Origin: a virus
Reading direction: 5' to 3' (one strand)
Length of the DNA stretch: 40,279 bases
IMG/VR virus record: IMGVR_UViG_3300045988_083323
Coordinates: 1 to 40,279 of that record
The notes beneath the pieces were generated by a model, which worked only from the letters and a program-made list of their open reading frames with translations, ran no database searches and was not told where the DNA came from. Numbering within the stretch: position 1 is the first letter of the stretch; each line of letters opens with the position of its first letter. The position numbers and the translations under genes are program-made. Positions 35,585-40,279 of this stretch are shown here, one piece after another.

Positions 35585-36326
35585 TACATTTATCGACTAC
35601 CTGGTCTCCCAGATCGGGCAGCCGTATGTATGGGGTGGGCAGCATACCAAGCTCACCCCCAGCACCTACTCCTCCGTCATTGACAAAAAGGAAGCCAGGT
35701 GCGAGGACAAGACCGATGGCTTCGGGCGGCTGCATGCGGACAGAGCCAAGGAGTTTTGCGAAGAGCTCTTTGACCAGGGAGAGACCGTCCTGTATGGGTA
35801 CGACTGCTCCGGGCTGGGGATGTACTGGATGCAGAACCTCATGGGCCTGTACAAAAACGACATGAGCGCCAATTCCCTGATGGGCAAGTGCCGCCTCTCC
35901 AAGGATCTTCCCAAGCGCGGCTGGTGGGTATTCCGGCTCAATTCCAAGGGCCGTGCCACCCACATAGGCTACATGATTTCCGACACCACATTGGTAGAGG
36001 CAAAGGGACGTGCATACGGCGTACAGGAGACCGTCTTTAAGCCGTCTGCCTGGAATTGCTGGGGAATCCCTGATCTGTTTGCTAAAGAGATCGCAGACCC
36101 CGTTGCAACGCCTCAGGAGGGCAAGCAATATGTGCGCGTGCTGGGAGGCAGCGTATATGTGCGCCGGGAAGGGAACAAGAACGCCAAGGCCATGGGCGTG
36201 GCCCATAAGGGGGACGAGTACCTCCTCACCGGGCAGGCGGAATCCGGATGGCATCAGATCCAGTACAAGGGGCTGCTGGGGTACATATCCAATAACCCCC
36301 GGTATACAAAGGTGGTGGACGCTTGA
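35577..36326 (+). CDS. Endolysin: NlpC/P60 cysteine peptidase plus a C-terminal SH3b-like domain.
   Basis: 249 aa. It carries GQPYVWGGQ, a catalytic-Cys context YDCSGLGMYWM, a later ATHIGYM His and a C-terminal YVRVLGGSVYVRREG....GWHQIQYKGLLGYISN segment. The SD GGGAGGAG lies upstream. Confidence 0.85.
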   Translation: MVDTFIDYLVSQIGQPYVWGGQHTKLTPSTYSSVIDKKEARCEDKTDGFGRLHADRAKEFCEELFDQGETVLYGYDCSGLGMYWMQNLMGLYKNDMSANSLMGKCRLSKDLPKRGWWVFRLNSKGRATHIGYMISDTTLVEAKGRAYGVQETVFKPSAWNCWGIPDLFAKEIADPVATPQEGKQYVRVLGGSVYVRREGNKNAKAMGVAHKGDEYLLTGQAESGWHQIQYKGLLGYISNNPRYTKVVDA

Positions 36327-36721
36327 ATATCTGGGACACCATTTTAAGCGGGGCAGTGATCGCCGCACTGATCGGACTTGTCGAGGTATTATTGAGGCGT
36401 ATGTGGGATAAGCAGGACAAAAAAGACGGCGTGTCTGCCAAGCTGGACAGACTGGAGCAAATGCTGGCGGCCCACATAGCGGACGATGAGCAGTACAAGG
36501 CCGAGACCAAGAGAGCCCGTATCTTGCAGTTTAACAAGGAAGTGCGGGAGAGGGAGCGCCACTCCGAAGAGGAGTTTGTAGAAATATTAAAGGTAATAGA
36601 CGAATATGAAGACTACTGCCGGAATCATCCGGAGTATCCGAACAATAGAGCCGTTACGGCCATTGAGAATATAAAATACGTATACAAAAACGCGAACCAA
36701 GAAAACGACTTTGTAAAGTGA
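36323..36721 (+). CDS. Membrane-anchored lysis-cassette protein (132 aa).
   Basis: An N-terminal TM helix (ILSGAVIAALIGLVEVLL) is followed by a helical cytoplasmic domain. The gene lies between the endolysin and holin genes. Confidence 0.55.
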   Translation: MNIWDTILSGAVIAALIGLVEVLLRRMWDKQDKKDGVSAKLDRLEQMLAAHIADDEQYKAETKRARILQFNKEVRERERHSEEEFVEILKVIDEYEDYCRNHPEYPNNRAVTAIENIKYVYKNANQENDFVK

Positions 36722-36733
36722 AGGGAGTAAAAC

Positions 36734-36946
36734 ATGAAACTGAGTAATAAAGCGTACGACATCCTGAAGTGGGCGGTATGCATCGTCCTGCCGGCACTGA
36801 GCCTGTGCTACAGCACTATCGCGCCTGAGTTTGGCTGGTACTCTCCGGATGTGGTCTCCAAGATCGTATCCGCCGTATGTACCTGCATCGGCACGATCAT
36901 CGGGATCTCCACAGTAGAATACAATAAGCGTCTGCTGGAGGATTGA
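36734..36946 (+). CDS. Holin (Dp-1/SPP1-type).
   Basis: 70 aa. SNKAYDILKWAVCIVLPALSLCYSTIA..FGW......KIVSAVCTCIGTIIGISTVEYN matches the Dp-1-family holin pattern as I recall it, and there are two TM helices. Confidence 0.75.
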   Translation: MKLSNKAYDILKWAVCIVLPALSLCYSTIAPEFGWYSPDVVSKIVSAVCTCIGTIIGISTVEYNKRLLED

Positions 36947-36947
36947 C

Positions 36948-37094
36948 ATGCAGGGGCTGGAGATAGCGGAGGCGGTAGCATCGGAGGCGATCAAACAGCA
37001 TAAAGCCCTCCGAGCCAGGATCCGGCATTGGCAGGTCCTGGCGGCTGTCTCCTGGGGCATCACCATATTGCTGATCATTTGGAGGTGCGTATGA
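36948..37094 (+). CDS. Small C-terminally anchored membrane protein (48 aa).
   Basis: The ATG at 36948 overlaps the holin stop region. The product is MQGLEIAEAVASEAIKQHKALRARIRHWQVLAAVSWGITILLIIWRCV, and the stop is coupled (ATGA) to the next gene. Confidence 0.45.
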   Translation: MQGLEIAEAVASEAIKQHKALRARIRHWQVLAAVSWGITILLIIWRCV

Positions 37095-37345
37095 CCGAGG
37101 AGACCGTCAAGCGCTTCCTGCGCTACCCCTCTAAGCCTCTGGTGGAGTTTGCTCTGTCCATGGTCAACCTGACATGGCAGGAGGAGACCGCCATAACCTT
37201 ATGCGGGCAGCGCAGAATGACGCAGGAAAAGGCGGCAGAAAAAGCGGATTGCAGCGTGGATGCTATGCAGCGCTGGTACAGATCTGCGCTTGAAAAACTT
37301 ACCAGGGCATGGGCCGGAAGTGAGTGGATCTCTAAAATAGTATAG
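37091..37345 (+). CDS. Second sigma-70 region-4-like HTH protein (84 aa).
   Basis: LTWQEETAITLCGQRRMTQEKAAEKADCSVDAMQRWYRSALEKL resembles a sigma r4 HTH. The internal ATG at 37091 belongs to the track ORF. Confidence 0.55.
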   Translation: MTEETVKRFLRYPSKPLVEFALSMVNLTWQEETAITLCGQRRMTQEKAAEKADCSVDAMQRWYRSALEKLTRAWAGSEWISKIV

Positions 37346-37369
37346 GCGGGCTTCGGCCCGTCTTTTTTA
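37344..37369 (+). terminator. Intrinsic terminator (first of a tandem pair).
   Basis: An AGGCGGGC / GCCCGTCT stem with a TTCG loop, followed by TTTTTT. Confidence 0.75.
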
Positions 37370-37377
37370 CGGAAACA

Positions 37378-37416
37378 AAGCGGATTCCTTCGGTGGGAAG
37401 GGACCCGCTTTTTTTA
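37378..37416 (+). terminator. Second intrinsic terminator.
   Basis: An outer GCGG...CCGC stem encloses a TTCC-TTCG-GTGGGAA hairpin and is followed by TTTTTTT. Confidence 0.6.
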
Positions 37417-37444
37417 TACCCTATGGGCAAGGAAGGAGGCAGAT

Positions 37445-37819
37445 ATGTGGATCAAGTTTAATGCGAATCCCGGTGGTCTGAGGGTGGGCGACTGCACCAT
37501 CCGAGCCATATGTAAGGCCACCAACAAAGGCTGGGAGGAGATCTATACGGGCGTAGCCCTGCAGGGATTTACCATGCACGATATGCCCACCGCCAATCAT
37601 GTGTGGGGTGCATACCTGAAGTCCCAGGGCTTCCAGCGGCGCACGCTGCCTCCGACCTGTCCTGACTGCTACACCGTGGAGAAGTTTGCCGAGGACCATC
37701 CGGCAGGGATCTACATCCTTGCCCTCTCCGGTCATGTGGTGTGTGTGCAGGATGGGAACTGGTACGACACGTGGAATTCAGGGGACGAAGTGCCCCTCTA
37801 TTATTGGGAAAGGAGCTAA
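37445..37819 (+). CDS. Cargo protein 1 (124 aa); possible Cys-His-Asp papain-like fold.
   Basis: The SD GGAAGGAGG lies upstream. GDCTIRAI near the N-terminus and GIYILALSGHVVCVQDGNWYDTWNSGDE near the C-terminus give a C...H...D order. The fold assignment is inference. Confidence 0.6.
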   Translation: MWIKFNANPGGLRVGDCTIRAICKATNKGWEEIYTGVALQGFTMHDMPTANHVWGAYLKSQGFQRRTLPPTCPDCYTVEKFAEDHPAGIYILALSGHVVCVQDGNWYDTWNSGDEVPLYYWERS

Positions 37820-37822
37820 CCA

Positions 37823-38209
37823 ATGGCATATCCAATGTACAACCCCTATCAACCGATGTATCAGCCCATGCAGGACCAGCTGGGCCAGCTCAGACAGCCC
37901 TACATGCAGCCTGCACAGCCTCAAAACAACGGGATCACCTGGGTGCAGGGAGAAGAAGGCGCCAAGGGATACCTGGTGACCGCAGGAGACAGCAAGCTGC
38001 TGATGGACAGCGAGAAGTCCGTGTTTTACATCAAGTCCACCGATCAGAGCGGCATGCCCATGCCTCTGAGGATCTTTGACTACACGGAGCGCACCGCACA
38101 GAAACCGCAGGCACAGCCCAGCACCGAATACGTTACCAGAGCGGAGTTTGAAGCAGCCCTGGCGGCACTCACAAAGAAGGAGGTAGAGGATGGCAAACCC
38201 TCTGTTTAA
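37823..38209 (+). CDS. Cargo protein 2 (128 aa) with a P/Q/M/Y-rich N-terminus.
   Basis: The N-terminus MAYPMYNPYQPMYQPMQDQLGQLRQPYMQPAQPQ is followed by a globular WVQGEEGAKGYLV...FYIKSTDQSGMP segment. The SD GAAAGGAG lies upstream. Confidence 0.6.
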   Translation: MAYPMYNPYQPMYQPMQDQLGQLRQPYMQPAQPQNNGITWVQGEEGAKGYLVTAGDSKLLMDSEKSVFYIKSTDQSGMPMPLRIFDYTERTAQKPQAQPSTEYVTRAEFEAALAALTKKEVEDGKPSV

Positions 38210-38408
38210 TGCTTTGGGCGGCAACAAAATGCCTGGTCCTATGGGGAACTTCCAGCAGATGATGCAGCAGTTCCAGCAATTCAAGGCCAACTTCCAGGGA
38301 GATCCGCAGCAGGAGGTGCAGCGGATGATCCAGTCTGGACAGCTCTCCCAGCAGCAGCTGGACCAGGTGCAGAACGTGGCCAGACAATTTGCGGCCTTGC
38401 TTAAGTAG
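38190..38408 (+). CDS. Cargo protein 3 (72 aa), Q-rich.
   Basis: The sequence includes GNFQQMMQQFQQFKANFQGDPQQEVQRMIQSGQLSQQQLDQVQ. The SD AAGGAGG lies upstream and the gene overlaps the previous one. Confidence 0.55.
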   Translation: MANPLFNALGGNKMPGPMGNFQQMMQQFQQFKANFQGDPQQEVQRMIQSGQLSQQQLDQVQNVARQFAALLK

Positions 38409-38458
38409 GCTCTCACCGTGCGCACGGTTAAGCATATATCCATGTAAGGAGACATACC

Positions 38459-39175
38459 ATGACTACCGATACTACTATGACTATGCCCGTAGCCCCCACC
38501 GGCATGATGGGCAACAACAGCTTCGGCTTTGGCGGCGACTGGTGGTTCATCATCCTGTTCGTCATTTTGTTCTGCGGCTGGGGCGGCAACGGCTGGGGCG
38601 GAAATCGCGGCAACGTGACCGACGGATACGTGCTGGCTTCCGACTTTGCCAACATCGAGCGCAAGCTTGACGGCGTCAACAACGGTATCTGTGACGGCTT
38701 CTATGCCCAGAATACCACCATGCTGCAGGGCTTTGCCGGCGTGAACCAGAACATCAGCAACGGCTTTATGTCTGCCGAGCTCTCCCGCTGCAACCAGCAG
38801 GCCGCTCTCATGCAGCAGCTGACCAACATGCAGATGCAGAACCAGGAGTGCTGCTGCGAGAACCGGGCCGCTATCGCTCAGGTGCGCTATGACATGGCCA
38901 CCCAGGCATGCGATACCCGCAACACCATCCAGACCAGCACCCGGGACATCATCGACAACCAGAACCAGAACAGCCGGGCTATCCTGGACTTCCTGACCCA
39001 GAGCAAGCTGCATGATCTCCAGAGCGAGAATCAGAATCTGAAGCTGGCGGCCTCTCAGGCGGCACAGAACACCTACCTGATCTCTCAGCTTCGGCCTACG
39101 CCTATCCCGGCGTACCAGTCCTGCAACCCCTGGGCGGCAGGCGCGTACAACGGCTGCAACGGCTGCGGCTGCTGA
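38459..39175 (+). CDS. Cargo protein 4 (238 aa): G/W-rich membrane anchor, Q/N-rich helical region, CCC motif and Cys-rich tail.
   Basis: It carries FGFGGDWWFIILFVILFCGWGGNGWGGN, QNQECCCENR and a C-terminal NGCNGCGC. The SD TAAGGAG lies upstream and a strong terminator follows. Confidence 0.65.
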   Translation: MTTDTTMTMPVAPTGMMGNNSFGFGGDWWFIILFVILFCGWGGNGWGGNRGNVTDGYVLASDFANIERKLDGVNNGICDGFYAQNTTMLQGFAGVNQNISNGFMSAELSRCNQQAALMQQLTNMQMQNQECCCENRAAIAQVRYDMATQACDTRNTIQTSTRDIIDNQNQNSRAILDFLTQSKLHDLQSENQNLKLAASQAAQNTYLISQLRPTPIPAYQSCNPWAAGAYNGCNGCGC

Positions 39176-39246
39176 CAATCCCATATCATAGCTTTTTCGT
39201 GAGACCACGAAAATGGTCGGCTCAGTGCCGATACTGCAAACACCAT

Positions 39247-39271
39247 GGCGGGGCGTTTGCCCCGCCTTTTT
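39247..39271 (+). terminator. Intrinsic terminator.
   Basis: GGCGGGGC-GTTT-GCCCCGCC followed by TTTTT. Two smaller hairpins precede it at about 39195-39232. Confidence 0.8.
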
Positions 39272-39286
39272 GAAAGGAGACCAATT

Positions 39287-39709
39287 ATGGCCGAGTTTGT
39301 AAATTCCAATATAGTAACCGTGGCTGCCGGGCAGAACGTGCCCCTCACAGAGACCGCTGTCACCGGAAGCCCCTGCATCGTCCATAGGGAAGGCGCAGGG
39401 ATCGTGACCCTCAGAGGGCTTACCAATCAGTGCAAGGCACGTTTTAAGGTAGGCTTTGGCGGCAACATTGCCGTGCCTACTGGCGGCACCGCAGAGGCCA
39501 TCTCTGTAGCGCTGGCTATAAACGGTGAGCCGCTGAATAGCGCAACGGGCATCATCACGCCTGCTGCCGTAGACCAGTATGGCAACATCTATGTGAGCGC
39601 ATTTATCGATGTGCCCCGGGGCTGCTGCCTCACCGTAGCAGCCGAGAATACCAGTACGCAGGCAATCAGCGTGGCCAACGCCAACCTGGTTGTGGAGCGC
39701 GTGGCATAA
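39287..39709 (+). CDS. Cargo protein 5 (140 aa): all-beta, TNF/C1q-like (BclA C-terminal-domain-like) candidate.
   Basis: The ATG at 39287 is preceded by GAAAGGAG. The pattern N..IVTV.AGQNVPL......G..IVH..G..IVTL.G...........F.G............ISV.L.INGEPL.......P......N......ID....C.L.V..EN.......V..ANLVVERV resembles exosporium BclA-CTD-type jelly rolls (from memory). Confidence 0.55.
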   Translation: MAEFVNSNIVTVAAGQNVPLTETAVTGSPCIVHREGAGIVTLRGLTNQCKARFKVGFGGNIAVPTGGTAEAISVALAINGEPLNSATGIITPAAVDQYGNIYVSAFIDVPRGCCLTVAAENTSTQAISVANANLVVERVA

Positions 39710-39723
39710 GGAAGGAGACCACT

Positions 39724-40119
39724 ATGGATAAGTTAAAAGAGATCCTCTGCAAAGAGCTGGAGGAGATCGCCCAGAAGAAGGAACTGAGCGTGGGTGACCT
39801 GGATACGGTCCACAAGATCACGGACACCATCAAGAACATCCTTAAGATCGAGATGCTTGAGGATGGATCCTATAGCCGGGATGACGGCTACAGCAGGGAC
39901 GGAGAATGGGAAGCTGACATGCGCGGCAGATATGGCCGTGGCAACAGCTACCGCATGCACTATGTGCGTGGACATTACAGCCGTGATGATGGCCGGGAGT
40001 ACAGCCGTGACGAGGGCAGAGAAAAAATGATGGAGCACATGGAGCGCATGATGCGCGATGCTTCTGAGGGCGATAAAGCCATTCTCCGCCGCTGCATGGA
40101 GCAGCTGGAACGGGCCTGA
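39724..40119 (+). CDS. Cargo protein 6 (131 aa) with four YSRD repeats.
   Basis: Helical ends (LCKELEEIAQKKELSVGDLDTVHKITD and MMEHMERMMRDA..DKAILRRCMEQL) flank SYSRDDGYSRDGEWE...HYSRDDGREYSRDEGRE. The SD AAGGAAGGAG lies upstream. Confidence 0.6.
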   Translation: MDKLKEILCKELEEIAQKKELSVGDLDTVHKITDTIKNILKIEMLEDGSYSRDDGYSRDGEWEADMRGRYGRGNSYRMHYVRGHYSRDDGREYSRDEGREKMMEHMERMMRDASEGDKAILRRCMEQLERA

Positions 40120-40122
40120 CGG

Positions 40123-40145
40123 AAAAGTACACGCAAAAGTACACG
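40123..40145 (+). promoter_or_regulatory. Tandem AAAAGTACACG repeats; candidate integrase arm-type sites.
   Basis: AAAAGTACACG occurs at 40123-40133 and 40135-40145. Related AGTACAC and AAAAGTACCCG copies lie at 152-171, across the core. Confidence 0.4.
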
Positions 40146-40160
40146 TTTCATTTCTAATCT

Positions 40161-40279
40161 GCGGTTTATTGGATAAATCTCAGGTTATAAAAGTGTAGGG
40201 AAATACTACATTTTATTTAATCGGTAAATCGGTTATATAGATAGTTAATGGGTTCGATCCCCACATGTTCCCGCCAAAA
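40161..40279 (+). repeat. Terminal direct repeat, copy 2 (119 bp).
   Basis: Identical to 1-119. The window ends exactly at the end of the repeat. Confidence 0.9.

Larger units (their letters stand above)
1..40279. mobile_element. Complete temperate phage genome, or an excised/circular prophage. The unique length is about 40,160 bp, bounded by identical 119-bp termini.
   Basis: The window holds integrase, repressor/Cro-like genes, SSB, TerS/TerL, portal, scaffold, capsid, fibres, endolysin and holin in canonical modular order. Positions 1-119 are identical to 40161-40279. Confidence 0.85.

Noticed and set aside
38415-38428. The palindrome ACCGTGCGCACGGT after gene 38190-38408 as a terminator or operator.
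   Set aside because: The stem is short, there is essentially no loop, and no U-tract follows. No second copy is present. The evidence is insufficient for either role.

Overview
The window is one complete temperate phage genome. About 40,160 bp is unique sequence, closed by identical 119-bp termini (1-119 = 40161-40279). Strong AGGAGG-type ribosome-binding sites, ATGA start/stop coupling and a visibly GC-rich body with AT-rich islands suggest a high-GC Firmicutes/Clostridia-type host; that host call is inference.

Module order:
- 1-180 and 40120-40279: attP-like region with a tRNA 3'-end-like segment, a bidirectional terminator and AGTACAC arm-type repeats.
- 181-4700: integrase and lysogeny control, with several XRE-type HTH genes, back-to-back consensus promoters and an AT-rich moron.
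- 4800-12340: early, replication and nucleotide-metabolism genes. These include SSB, a replisome organizer with an internal iteron/AT-rich ori candidate, a NinB-like protein, a MazG-like protein, a DUF4406-like protein and a degenerate FolD-like protein.
- 12384-12648: two tandem, independently promoted and terminated solitary type I-C-like CRISPR repeats with a crRNA-mimic layout and no cas genes. This is the most interesting locus.
- 12649-14450: a leftward five-gene accessory operon that includes a ribbon-helix-helix regulator.
- 14520-20500: packaging and head genes (TerS, TerL, portal, scaffold, capsid).
- 20500-35600: virion and tail genes with no recognisable tail tube, sheath or chaperone. 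They include a 2,977-aa polyvalent protein (zincin HExxH, barnase/EndoU-like nuclease, ART-like domain, membrane segments, three C-terminal repeats), fibre-like proteins and a Gly-rich protein.
- 35577-37094: lysis genes (NlpC/P60-SH3 endolysin, Dp-1-type holin, small membrane proteins).
- 37091-40119: a sigma-r4-like gene, tandem terminators and a six-gene cargo module of unusual Q/N/Cys-rich, TNF/C1q-like and YSRD-repeat proteins next to attP.

All functional calls rest on motifs read by eye and on remembered family signatures. No database search was possible.
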